Translations under genes and position numbers: made by a program | NCBI GenBank assembly: GCA_963664875.1 | Contig: OY761611.1 | Location: 3,616,001-3,680,000, forward strand | Direction of reading: 5' to 3' | Source of the DNA: Candidatus Kapaibacterium sp. | GTDB lineage: Bacteria > Bacteroidota > Ignavibacteria > Kapaibacteriales > UBA2268 | DNA length: 64,000 nt | In this document: positions 50,647 to 60,346 of the stretch, piece after piece | How the letters are laid out: the number at the start of each line of letters is the position of its first letter | Numbering within the stretch: position 1 is the stretch's first letter | Notes under the pieces: model-generated | The model's database searches: none | The model's input: the letters and a program-made list of their open reading frames with translations, nothing else | Told to the model about the DNA's origin: nothing

Positions 50647-52563
50647 ATGTGCGGCATCGCTGGAATAATAAATACGGCTGGAAATACTGAAAAGCTTAAT
50701 ATCGAAATTTTGAAAAATATGACTGACGTCATTATCCATCGTGGTCCAGACTCCGAAGGACAATGGATATCTCAAGATAATAAATGCGGTTTAGGTTTTA
50801 GAAGGCTGTCTATTATTGATTTGTCAGATGCAGGCAATCAGCCCATGCACACACCTGACGGCAGATATTCCATAGTGTTTAACGGTGAAATTTATAATCA
50901 CCGGGATATTAGAAAGGAACTTGAAAAAATCGGCTACAAGTATAGTTCCGGTACTGATACCGAAACTATACTTTACGGCTATGCAGAGTGGGGCAAAGGC
51001 ATTTTAGAGAAGATGCGTGGCATGTGGGATTTCGCCATCTATGACAGCCAAGAGCAAAAACTATTCGCTTCGCGTGATAGAATCGGTATCAAACCATTTT
51101 ACTTTGCTAATTATAACGGAGTATTCGTTTTTGGCTCCGAGATTAAATCTATTTTGCAACACCCATCCATTCCGACTGAATTAAATGCTTCGGAACTGCC
51201 TAACTATCTTAATCTCGGCATGAGTAGCCAAAAGACTTCTCTATTCAAACACATTCAAAAGCTATCAGCAGGGCATTACCTCGAAATTGATAAAAACGGC
51301 GAGATAAATGTTCAAAGATACTGGTCGCCTCTCGACAAAACAGAAGAGTCATATGCTGATTGGGATCAAAAGAAAATTCAAACTCATCTTATCGACTTGC
51401 TCCGCAGTGCGATTGACGATAGAATGATGAGTGATGTGCCGTTTGGTGTTTTCCTCAGCGGTGGTATCGATTCAAGCCTTAACGTAGCCCTCATGGCAGA
51501 GCTTATGGACAGGCCTATCGACACTTACACAGTAGGATTTAAAGAGCTGGAAGAATACAACGAATTGGAATACGCTCGTGTAATATCCAAGAGATACAAA
51601 ACTAATCATCACGAAATACTTATAGATGAGCAGGACTCCATAGATGTACTCGATAAGTTAGTCTGGCACGAAGATGAGCCAAATGCTGACCCTGTATGTA
51701 TTCCGCTTTACTTCCTCTGCAAACTAACTAAAGAAAGCGGCACAACCGTAGTGCAGGTGGGAGAAGGTAGTGACGAACAGTTCGTTGGTTATAAGTGGAT
51801 GATGAGAGATCTCAATTTTTATAATACATATTATAAAGCTTTTGCTTCATTGCCGGGTTTTATGAAAAAAAGTGCTTATGGCATTGCCAAACCGATATTT
51901 GAATCACAGAATCAGTATCTTGCTCTTGACTATCTTCGCAGAGCGGTTTATGACAAGCAGTTCTATATGAGTGGTGTGTCTATTATTTCTCCTGCTCACC
52001 AGCAAAGATTATTCAACTCAAAGCATAATGACTTGAGTAATATTCCTGATGCTTATGCTGAAATGCTGCATAGCGAAGCGTTAAAGATTAAACCTGATGC
52101 TGATATTCTTCAACGTATGCTTTTTGTAGAGCAACAGCACAGATTAGCTGAAACCTTGCTGATGAGAGTTGACAAAGTTGGTATGGCTCACAGTTTAGAA
52201 GCTCGCGTTCCATTCTTGGATAACAGAATAGTTGAGTTTACAACTGCACTAACTCCGCAGCAGAAAATTCCTGAAAAGAACTTTACAAAATACATTCTGA
52301 AAAAGGCAGTAGAGGACATATTGCCTCATGAGATAATTTACCGCAAAAAACAGGGCTTCTGGGCTCCTGTTTCGGAATGGCTTAAAAACCAATGGTATGA
52401 CTTCGCAAAAGAAGAAATACTCAAGTCAGACATAACTAAAGAATATTTCGACAGTAAGTTCATCGAAAAAATGTTCGAGCTACACCGCCGGGGCAAAAAG
52501 AAATATTCTACGGAGCTATTCTCTTTGTTAAATTTATCATTATGGCATAAAAGGTTCTTTTAA
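50647..52563 (+). CDS. asnB: Asparagine synthase (glutamine-hydrolysing) family amidotransferase
   Basis: N-terminal CGIAG, HRGPD, FNGEIYN, LSGGIDSS and LEARVPFLD. Confidence 0.9.
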   Translation: MCGIAGIINTAGNTEKLNIEILKNMTDVIIHRGPDSEGQWISQDNKCGLGFRRLSIIDLSDAGNQPMHTPDGRYSIVFNGEIYNHRDIRKELEKIGYKYSSGTDTETILYGYAEWGKGILEKMRGMWDFAIYDSQEQKLFASRDRIGIKPFYFANYNGVFVFGSEIKSILQHPSIPTELNASELPNYLNLGMSSQKTSLFKHIQKLSAGHYLEIDKNGEINVQRYWSPLDKTEESYADWDQKKIQTHLIDLLRSAIDDRMMSDVPFGVFLSGGIDSSLNVALMAELMDRPIDTYTVGFKELEEYNELEYARVISKRYKTNHHEILIDEQDSIDVLDKLVWHEDEPNADPVCIPLYFLCKLTKESGTTVVQVGEGSDEQFVGYKWMMRDLNFYNTYYKAFASLPGFMKKSAYGIAKPIFESQNQYLALDYLRRAVYDKQFYMSGVSIISPAHQQRLFNSKHNDLSNIPDAYAEMLHSEALKIKPDADILQRMLFVEQQHRLAETLLMRVDKVGMAHSLEARVPFLDNRIVEFTTALTPQQKIPEKNFTKYILKKAVEDILPHEIIYRKKQGFWAPVSEWLKNQWYDFAKEEILKSDITKEYFDSKFIEKMFELHRRGKKKYSTELFSLLNLSLWHKRFF

Positions 52564-52724
52564 CTTACAGTAGATTATTATAGAAGCAAATATTTTCGCC
52601 AATGGAATGGCACTTCAAATCAGGCATAGTTTTTTCTGTCAAAATATTGAGAGGCTTTCTGCTTCTTTCTAAGAAAAAATGATTATATTTTGGTATTTCG
52701 TAAATCAAAGTGCAGGTCTTTGCT

Positions 52725-53648
52725 ATGGAACAAATCCTTTCAGTTTATTTTAATATCGACAGAACTTACTTCACAGTAGTTAAAAGCGACCCGAAAGGTT
52801 TGGAGCTTGTGTACCTCAATTCTACTTCGTCTCCTGTAGATCTTGATAATATGGAAGAGACGTCGCCCGAAGTATTTAACGAAATAGATGACATGATAGC
52901 CGAAATTGACGGAGAAATAAACAGAGTTACCGTTACTCTCCCGGCAGAAAGTGTGCTGGTAAGTCAGTTCCCCGGTACAAGCGGCATGAGCGAAGAAGAA
53001 ATGAAACAGCTTGTCAGTCTAGAAATCAAACAATCGTATCCTCAGTTCAATTACAAAGATTTTACAATCAATGTTATTCCTTTGGCAGAAAGAAAGGACA
53101 GTGCTGCTATGATGATGGGCGTTATAATGCCAAAGTCTTCGTATATGTCCTGTAAAAAAATATTGCAATCTCTCAATCAACCTCTCAGCAATATAGAAAT
53201 CAGCCAACTAAGTGCTCATAACGCATTTTTGTATAACTATCCCGAAAAGCACGATAGCACAGTACTTTTGATGGGCTTGCAGGATCAGTTTATTGATGTA
53301 AGCGTTATCAAAAACAAACAACCTGTTTATTATAATCTTGTTTCATTGCCGACCAAAGAGCAGTTTGGTGAGATATTCGAAGCCGAGTTCAATAAGATAA
53401 CAGAAGAGGTAGTCGAGGGGATATCCTCAGCTTACTTCTTCGGAGCCGGTCTAACTAAGGATTTGCACATGATGGGTTGGGAAACCTCAATGTTGCTTGG
53501 CATAGAAGCGATGCGCCTTAATGCATTCCGAATGATGAAGACCAATCTGGACCAGCGGTCAAAAGAATATTGCTTACGCACTTTGCATATATATCCTCCG
53601 TGTATAGGTGGTGCGATGCCAGCTTATCATGAAAATTTGAGATTTTAG
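52725..53648 (+). CDS. PilM-like actin-fold protein
   Basis: VTVTLPAESV...LEIKQ..P, IEISQLSAHNAF, DVSVIKNKQPVY and FFGAG resemble the PilM/FtsA fold; no other pil genes adjacent. Confidence 0.5.
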   Translation: MEQILSVYFNIDRTYFTVVKSDPKGLELVYLNSTSSPVDLDNMEETSPEVFNEIDDMIAEIDGEINRVTVTLPAESVLVSQFPGTSGMSEEEMKQLVSLEIKQSYPQFNYKDFTINVIPLAERKDSAAMMMGVIMPKSSYMSCKKILQSLNQPLSNIEISQLSAHNAFLYNYPEKHDSTVLLMGLQDQFIDVSVIKNKQPVYYNLVSLPTKEQFGEIFEAEFNKITEEVVEGISSAYFFGAGLTKDLHMMGWETSMLLGIEAMRLNAFRMMKTNLDQRSKEYCLRTLHIYPPCIGGAMPAYHENLRF

Positions 53649-53695
53649 TTAGCCTTTGGGTCAAATATATTATCAGTTTTATTAAATATATTCAG

Positions 53696-53840
53696 TAAGC
53701 TCAGCACGACGCTTCCCAAGAAGGGGAATCAAAATTCCCCTCTTTGCAAAGAGGGGTGGCACGTCGAAGACGTGACGAGGTGTTCAAATGTAGCAGACAC
53801 TTATTTATAGAATCTACCATTGTTTTATTTTCTAAAGACA
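53696..53840 (+). repeat. Family A repeat, partial copy 3
   Basis: Matches 15782-15950, including the right TIR variant TTTTCTAAAGACA. Confidence 0.8.
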
Positions 53841-54031
53841 TTTTCCATCTAACTAATTGTAAGAAAGTAGTTGTTAGGGTGAAAGACAACTATATGAATA
53901 CATATTTGTTATTTTAAACCGTATTGAGTTTATTAGTTAACGTTGTAGTCGAATAATGTAGGTTGATATGAATATATTTGTAGCCTGAAAGGCTGATAGA
54001 TAATAGCCCATGGCAGCACCATGGGACGGTT

Positions 54032-54434
54032 GCAAGTATTGAGTAAACAGAGCCCTGTAAGGGCGGCAAGACTTTCCTTTACAGGTGATATAAATAAGAG
54101 AATGGTGTTACTTTTTCCATTTCTTTTTCTTTTTTTTGCGATAAAAAAGAAAAAGAAACGGCACTTCGACAAGCTCAGTGACCTTTGGAAAAAGAAAAAA
54201 GAACGCTTTGTCTCCTCTCCTCATCTAGTTTTTAAGCGTAAGAAGCACATCCAATTAAGGAATTACTGAAAACAAATATCTATATTATAGAGTGCTGATG
54301 CAATATATATAGTCAATACACGGACTATTTACTATGATGTTATATATTTTTTTTCGACTAAATGATATTTATAAAGAAAAAATAGGCAAACAGTTAGCTT
54401 CTTGTTGCCACAAACGCAAGTTTGTATTAGGGAT
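54032..54434 (+). repeat. Dispersed repeat family C, copy 2
   Basis: Inverse of 46238-46597, with an extra ~40-bp insert containing CACTTCGACAAGCTCAGTG. Confidence 0.88.
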
Positions 54435-54478
54435 TTGGGATAAATAGTTTGTTCAATATAAAAAATAAAGGTCTGTAT

Positions 54479-54847
54479 ATGAACAAAGATAACAAAGCAA
54501 AAGGAAATCTCGGCGAAAAGGAAGCTGCTGAGTATCTTGTTCAAAATGGATATTACATCGTAAAAACTAATTTTAAGTTTGGGAAGCATGGCGAGATTGA
54601 TATTATTTGCAAAAAAAATGATGTCCTCGTTTTTGTGGAAGTAAAAGCAAGGCAATCCTTCGAATATGGCGATCCTCTGCTTTCTATTACTCCAACCAAG
54701 CAGAAATCCTGGAAGAGAGCTGCAGAAGGATACCTTTATGTGAATAAAATAACTGACATAGAGTGTAGGTTCGATGTGATTACCGTCGATTTAAGCAAAA
54801 CTCCGCACAATATCGAACATATAGAAAATGCATTGTCGCCATTTTAA
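54479..54847 (+). CDS. yraN: YraN-family (UPF0102) endonuclease-like protein
   Basis: GNLGEKEAAEYL, GEIDII, VFVEVKAR and CRFDVI. Confidence 0.92.
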   Translation: MNKDNKAKGNLGEKEAAEYLVQNGYYIVKTNFKFGKHGEIDIICKKNDVLVFVEVKARQSFEYGDPLLSITPTKQKSWKRAAEGYLYVNKITDIECRFDVITVDLSKTPHNIEHIENALSPF

Positions 54848-54947
54848 ACTTATTTTCTAATGAACATAAGTTTTCTTGCTAATTCAGCTTGTTTAATTAT
54901 TTTTGTAGTCAAGTATTTAACCGTAAATTCTTTTTGGGATTCTGACA

Positions 54948-55925
54948 ATGAAAAAAGAAGGTATGAAAAAAATCCTCGTTACCGGTGCTCTTGGTCAAAT
55001 TGGTAGCGAATTAGTTTTAGAGCTTCGCAAAAGATATGGCGGCGAAAATGTTATCGCTACAGACCTCAGACCTACTCCAACAAAAGCTATTGCTGAAACA
55101 GGTCCTTTCGAGCAGGTTGATGTATTGAATATCGACAGCATCCGCCAGGTGATTGTAAAATATGACATAGATTCTATCTTTCACTTAGCCGCTATCCTTT
55201 CCGGTGTTGGCGAAAAAGACCCTCATCTTTGCTGGAACGTAAACATGAACGGTTCTATGAATATCCTTGATTTGGGTCGCAAATACGGCTTAAACAGGAT
55301 TATCATTCCAAGTTCTATGGCTGTTTGGGGCGAAGGTGTTCCTAAAGAAAACGTACCTCAGGACAGCGTTTTGAAGCCAACTTCTATGTATGGCGTTACT
55401 AAAGTTGCAGGCGAAAGACTTTGCGACTATTACGTGCAAAAATATGGTTTGGATTGTCGTGGTCTTCGTTATCCCGGTATCATTTCTCATGAAACTTTGC
55501 CGGGTGGCGGCACTACTGACTACGCAGTGGAAATTTTCTACGATGCAGTCAAAAAAGGCAAATACGAATGCTTCCTTTCAGAAGAAACTATGCTTCCAAT
55601 GATGTATATGCCTGATTGTATCAAAGCTACAATTGATTTGGCTGAAGCAGATTTTGACAATTTGAAACACCACAGTGACTTCAACGTTGCTGCTATTAGC
55701 TTCACTCCAAAACAGTTAGCTGAAGAAATCAAAAAACATAAACCTGACTTCGAAATCACTTACAAACCGGATTACAGACAGTCTATCGCAGACTCATGGC
55801 CTTGGTCAATTGATGACTCTGCTGCACGCGAAGAGTGGAACTGGGATCCTGCTTACGATTTGGCTGGAATGACTAAAGATATGCTTGAAAAATTGGAAGA
55901 AAAGCACGCAAAGGGCTTAATCTAA
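54948..55925 (+). CDS. L-threonine 3-dehydrogenase (SDR/GalE-like type)
   Basis: GALGQIG, HLAAILS, YGVTK, RYPGIIS, PGGGTTDYAV and RQSIADSWP. Confidence 0.88.
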   Translation: MKKEGMKKILVTGALGQIGSELVLELRKRYGGENVIATDLRPTPTKAIAETGPFEQVDVLNIDSIRQVIVKYDIDSIFHLAAILSGVGEKDPHLCWNVNMNGSMNILDLGRKYGLNRIIIPSSMAVWGEGVPKENVPQDSVLKPTSMYGVTKVAGERLCDYYVQKYGLDCRGLRYPGIISHETLPGGGTTDYAVEIFYDAVKKGKYECFLSEETMLPMMYMPDCIKATIDLAEADFDNLKHHSDFNVAAISFTPKQLAEEIKKHKPDFEITYKPDYRQSIADSWPWSIDDSAAREEWNWDPAYDLAGMTKDMLEKLEEKHAKGLI

Positions 55926-55947
55926 TTAAGTATAAAGTATTTTCAAT

Positions 55948-55991
55948 AAAATCGCCGTAATATCATTATAGATGTTACGGCGATTTTTTTT
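55948..55991 (+). terminator. Intrinsic terminator
   Basis: AAAATCGCCGTAA ... TTACGGCGATTTT followed by a T run. Confidence 0.8.
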
Positions 55992-56162
55992 CAATATATC
56001 AATCCTCTCTTTGTAGGTTTCATTCAAATAAGAAAGATCTTTGACTGCTCCATTACTTGACACACTCAAAATCCTAAAGATGTTCAGTAATTCTTTGTGC
56101 AGATTAGTCTAAATTTTGTATCTTTGAGGAAATGGGGTATTAGTTATTATTCAAGAAATATT

Positions 56163-56546
56163 ATGAAAACTTCCACTTTGACTAAGCTTGGAATTAAGAA
56201 CGCTGTTTATTATTCTTATCATGGTGTAAAGCCAGAAGAAAAAAAACTTGGCGGTAAATATCAGGTTGATTTAGATTTGTGGTACGATGCCACACAAGCT
56301 ATCATCAACGATGGTGTCAATCATGCTCTTAACTACGAAGAAGCTATGTTTTGTATCTCAGAAATTATAAGCGGAGAGTCTTATAATTTGATAGAAACTA
56401 TTGCAAATGAAATTCTAAATTTGGTCATGGAAAAATTTCCTCAGTGCCAAAAAGCTACTATCAGACTTCGCAAGCTCGCAGTGCCTATCCGCAGACCGAT
56501 AGATTATATAGAAGCTGAGCAAACTATGGAAAGAAGTGAAGGCTGA
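56163..56546 (+). CDS. folB: Dihydroneopterin aldolase
   Basis: YHGVKPEEKKLG, LNYEE and NLIETIA; upstream of folK. Confidence 0.93.
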   Translation: MKTSTLTKLGIKNAVYYSYHGVKPEEKKLGGKYQVDLDLWYDATQAIINDGVNHALNYEEAMFCISEIISGESYNLIETIANEILNLVMEKFPQCQKATIRLRKLAVPIRRPIDYIEAEQTMERSEG

Positions 56547-57030
56547 GCATAATATATTGCTATCGCTTGGAAGCAATTTAGGCAACAAATACGATGTTTT
56601 AAACCTTGCAGTGCAATGCTTGAGCCTTGGCGGAGTCATTCATGATTGCAAGGTTTCGTCTTTTTATGAGACTGAGCCTTTTGGTGTAGCCGAGCAAGAT
56701 TGGTTTGTGAATATAGCTCTTTGTGCAAAGACTCATCACACTCCTTTGGAATTGCTGTTTCTTTGCAAATCTATGGAGTATTTACTTGGCAGAAAACCGC
56801 GCGAAAGATGGCACGAAAGAGAAATTGATATTGATTTGATTTTTTTTGATGATATTACCTTACAATCAGACTTACTAACAATACCGCATATAATGATGCA
56901 TTTGCGTAATTTTGTGCTTGCTCCCGCTGCAGAAATTGCACCGAGTTGGATTCATCCGCTATTTGGAGAATCTGTTTCAGTACTTTTAGATAAATGCCCG
57001 GATAAATCCATTATCAGAAAGGTTGAGTAA
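56536..57030 (+). CDS. folK: 2-amino-4-hydroxy-6-hydroxymethyldihydropteridine pyrophosphokinase
   Basis: SLGSNLG, YETEP, REIDIDL and IPH..MHLRNFVL.P. Confidence 0.95.
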   Translation: MKAEHNILLSLGSNLGNKYDVLNLAVQCLSLGGVIHDCKVSSFYETEPFGVAEQDWFVNIALCAKTHHTPLELLFLCKSMEYLLGRKPRERWHEREIDIDLIFFDDITLQSDLLTIPHIMMHLRNFVLAPAAEIAPSWIHPLFGESVSVLLDKCPDKSIIRKVE

Positions 57031-57033
57031 AAA

Positions 57034-58950
57034 ATGGCAATCCAAATCCCTAACGATAAAATTGAAGAAATAAACCAAAATGCCGACATAGTGGAAGTTA
57101 TTGGTGATTTTCTTGATTTGAAAAGAAGGGGAAGGAATTTTATTACCCGCTGTCCTTTTCACGAAGAAAAAACTCCATCCTTTAATGTCTCGCCTGAAAG
57201 AAACATTTTTAAATGTTTTGGTTGTGGCAAATCAGGAGATTCTATTAGTTTTTTGATGGAGTACAACAAACTTAGCTTTGTGGAAGCAGCTGTGTACCTT
57301 GCCAATAAATTTGGTATAGACTTGCGAGTCGAAGAAAGCCCTGATAAAAAAGAAGATGGAGACGGCAACGCCAGAGCAGCTGCTTATAAGGTCATAGAAG
57401 CTGCAGCGGAGCTTTTTCATCAATATCTATTTTCGAAAGACGGCGTCAACACAATTAATTATTTTCAGGGAAGAGGATTCAAGTTAGACACATTCGAAGA
57501 GTTCAATCTTGGTCTATCGCCTGATTCGTGGGATGCAACTTCAAAGCATTTACTCAAAAAAGGCTTTTCTGAAGATTCTATGCGACATGCCGGATTGATA
57601 ATAGACAAGGATACCGGTGGCTATTACGATAGATTTCGTGGCAGAGCTATGTTCCCGATTCGAGATTTTATGGGAAGAGTCATAGGCTTTGGTGCGAGAG
57701 ACATGACAGGCGAGCAAAAAACTGCAAAATATATAAACTCGCCCCAATCACTAATCTATGATAAAAGTCAGGTGCTTTACGGTTTGTTCGAAGCAAAAAA
57801 TGCTCTCCGAAACAGTCGTGAAGCGATACTTGTAGAAGGCTATGCCGATGTTATTACTTTGCATCAGGCCGGATTCAAAAATGCTGTTGCTTCGAGTGGC
57901 ACTGCGTTGACAGAACAGCAAGTAAAACTACTTTCAAGATATACCAAAAAAGTAAATTTACTTTACGATTCGGATGATGCCGGACAGGCTGCCTCCGAGA
58001 AAGCTCTTCCGCTATTGCTCAAAGAAGGATTAGAAGTTACAGTAATCCGACTTCCTGACAAAGAAGACCCTGATAGCTTAATTAGAGATAGTGGGGTAGA
58101 GGCTTTTAAAATATACAAAAGAGAAGCAGTCGGATTTATCGACTTTCTGCTTAAGAGATATGAAATGAAGGGTATATTGCAAAGTCCTTCTTCTTTGGCT
58201 GAGGCACTACGCGAAGTTACTAAGTTAATCAGACTGATACCCGACAAATTGCAACAGCATTACCATATTCGCCGTATGGTATCAGTTTTCAAAATCTCTG
58301 AAAACGAGCTTGAAATACTGCTGAAAGAAAACAAAAGCGAAAGTATAACTTACAAGAAAGTGATGCCGATTGCAACGGAAGAGGACAATCCTTCACAGCT
58401 GGTTTCCAATCCTGATGTAAAAGAGATTGTAATCGGAGATGCGGTTTATATTGCAAATAAAGATATTTTGAAAGACATATTTAATGCTGAATTACTGATA
58501 CTCAAACTTGCCTTGACAGAAGCAACTTCTATGTCTTTACTCGAAAAGAAATATAATTTCAGCGATGAAAGTATGATAAGTGAAAAAGGGAAAAGACTTT
58601 TTTCTATCATTCGTTATTTCAGTGAGGTTTCGTCAAATCCGTTGTCAACTATTCTGCAGAGTGAATTTATCGAGCAGGAGGACAAAGATCTGATTTCTGC
58701 CCTGTCAATCAAGTTTCAGGAAGTAAATGACAAATGGGATTTGGACGCAGCCGGAGTTAAATTTAGCCCGGAGCGCAATTTTATTGATGCTATATATAAT
58801 CTTGCGATTAAAAAAATAAATATTCGGAAAAAAGAATTAGAACTTCGACTTTCACAAACTGAAGACACTGACGAACAATCGGATATACTCAAAGAACTAA
58901 GAGATCTAAACAGAGCTACCGAAGACATATTTGATAAAATGAGAGATTAA
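57034..58950 (+). CDS. dnaG: DNA primase
   Basis: CPFHEEKTPSF...CFGC zinc finger, KYINSP, VEGYAD, YDSDDAG and DPD. Confidence 0.97.
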   Translation: MAIQIPNDKIEEINQNADIVEVIGDFLDLKRRGRNFITRCPFHEEKTPSFNVSPERNIFKCFGCGKSGDSISFLMEYNKLSFVEAAVYLANKFGIDLRVEESPDKKEDGDGNARAAAYKVIEAAAELFHQYLFSKDGVNTINYFQGRGFKLDTFEEFNLGLSPDSWDATSKHLLKKGFSEDSMRHAGLIIDKDTGGYYDRFRGRAMFPIRDFMGRVIGFGARDMTGEQKTAKYINSPQSLIYDKSQVLYGLFEAKNALRNSREAILVEGYADVITLHQAGFKNAVASSGTALTEQQVKLLSRYTKKVNLLYDSDDAGQAASEKALPLLLKEGLEVTVIRLPDKEDPDSLIRDSGVEAFKIYKREAVGFIDFLLKRYEMKGILQSPSSLAEALREVTKLIRLIPDKLQQHYHIRRMVSVFKISENELEILLKENKSESITYKKVMPIATEEDNPSQLVSNPDVKEIVIGDAVYIANKDILKDIFNAELLILKLALTEATSMSLLEKKYNFSDESMISEKGKRLFSIIRYFSEVSSNPLSTILQSEFIEQEDKDLISALSIKFQEVNDKWDLDAAGVKFSPERNFIDAIYNLAIKKINIRKKELELRLSQTEDTDEQSDILKELRDLNRATEDIFDKMRD

Positions 58951-58953
58951 GCG

Positions 58954-59940
58954 ATGAAAAAGGAAATCAATAAATCTATCAAAGAGCAGATAACAGATAC
59001 TCTAACTTCCAGGGCAGTTATTGCTTCTCTGCTTTTTGCGGTTGCTTTATGGGCTTACAGTAGCTTAAACGAAGAATACACTACAAGGATTATAGTTCCA
59101 CTTGAGGTAAAACTTCCATCTACTCGTGCTTTGGAAGAAGGGCTACCCGAGGAAATATCTTTAGAAGTAAAAGGAACAGGTTGGCATTTATTCAATATTT
59201 ATTTTTTCAATACATCAGAAAACTGTTTTATTGATTTATCAGGCAAGTATATCACTGACAGCATATATACGATTTCGAGGGCAGAGATACTAAAAGGTAT
59301 TCGCAATTTGATGAATCTCCATGCAAGTGATGTAAGCCCGGAATATATGCAACTTGTAACGGGCAGAGTTACTCAAAAAGATGTGCCTGTGATTCCTGAT
59401 TTGAATATTATACCTCGTGATGGATTTACTTTGGCAGAGCAAACAAGAGTGCAACCTCAGAGGGTTACAATACGCGGGAATGACAAAATCATAAAACATA
59501 TAGATTCTTGGAGCACTACACAAGAAACTCTCAAAGATGTTTATCAGGACATAATACTCGATATTCCACTAAAAGACTCATTGCACGGCATTGTAGAAAC
59601 ATTGCCTAATACAGTTACTCTATCTACCAAAGTAGAGCAATTTGCCGAGACAACTATCTATGATGTTCCGGTAAGAGTTAGGGGTGGTGTGCTTACAAAA
59701 GAGCATACACTTAGCTCGAGAAAAATTGATATTACTGTCAGAGCTGCTGCTTCTGTGCTGGACAATCTTACCCCTGATAGATTCATAGTGACATTAGATT
59801 ATAACAAAGTCCTAAGCGATTCGACAGGAATTTTAATTCCAGACATAGAGAGTAGAGACAAACTACAGGTATTGCAAATCTATCCTGAGGTAATCTATCA
59901 CTACAAGCGTTTCAAAGAGACTCTGATAGCAAATATGTAG
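58954..59940 (+). CDS. YbbR/CdaR-like domain membrane protein
   Basis: N-terminal TM SLLFAVALW; repeated Ig-like units (KDVPVIP, P..VTIRG). Confidence 0.75.
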   Translation: MKKEINKSIKEQITDTLTSRAVIASLLFAVALWAYSSLNEEYTTRIIVPLEVKLPSTRALEEGLPEEISLEVKGTGWHLFNIYFFNTSENCFIDLSGKYITDSIYTISRAEILKGIRNLMNLHASDVSPEYMQLVTGRVTQKDVPVIPDLNIIPRDGFTLAEQTRVQPQRVTIRGNDKIIKHIDSWSTTQETLKDVYQDIILDIPLKDSLHGIVETLPNTVTLSTKVEQFAETTIYDVPVRVRGGVLTKEHTLSSRKIDITVRAAASVLDNLTPDRFIVTLDYNKVLSDSTGILIPDIESRDKLQVLQIYPEVIYHYKRFKETLIANM

Positions 59941-60346
59941 AATTTTCTAATCATTTTTCATTGTAGAAAAGTAAGCTCTTGCAATTCTAAGATGATTGCA
60001 TTCATATTTGTAGTTCCTCTCCAAAAAAAAATTTGAATATTTTTATTTTCGCTTTTCTAAAATTCCAATTCAAATCAGAAGTAGTGTTCGCTACCACATA
60101 ATATCGATAAATCACTCCTCAGGAATATATGTGCACTTTTCATAGGTATGAAAAAAGTTTGGATTGTTGGAAACTATTTAACAGGAAATCTTTTTTATTT
60201 TCCAAATTCGTCGTATCTTAAGCAAATAATTGTGTAAATTTGGTTTACAAATACCAAGAATTAGATTAAAATTTTCGATATATCAAACAATAGAGATATT
60301 CCATAATCTATTTATATAATTGTTAAACTAAATCAAAGGACGTCAA

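Noticed and set aside
46405-54269. Short ORFs 46405-46590, 53701-53889, 53933-54172 and 54021-54269 (also 291-473, 416-643, 26376-26585) as genes
   Set aside because: They lie within or across dispersed non-coding repeats and show no protein-like features.
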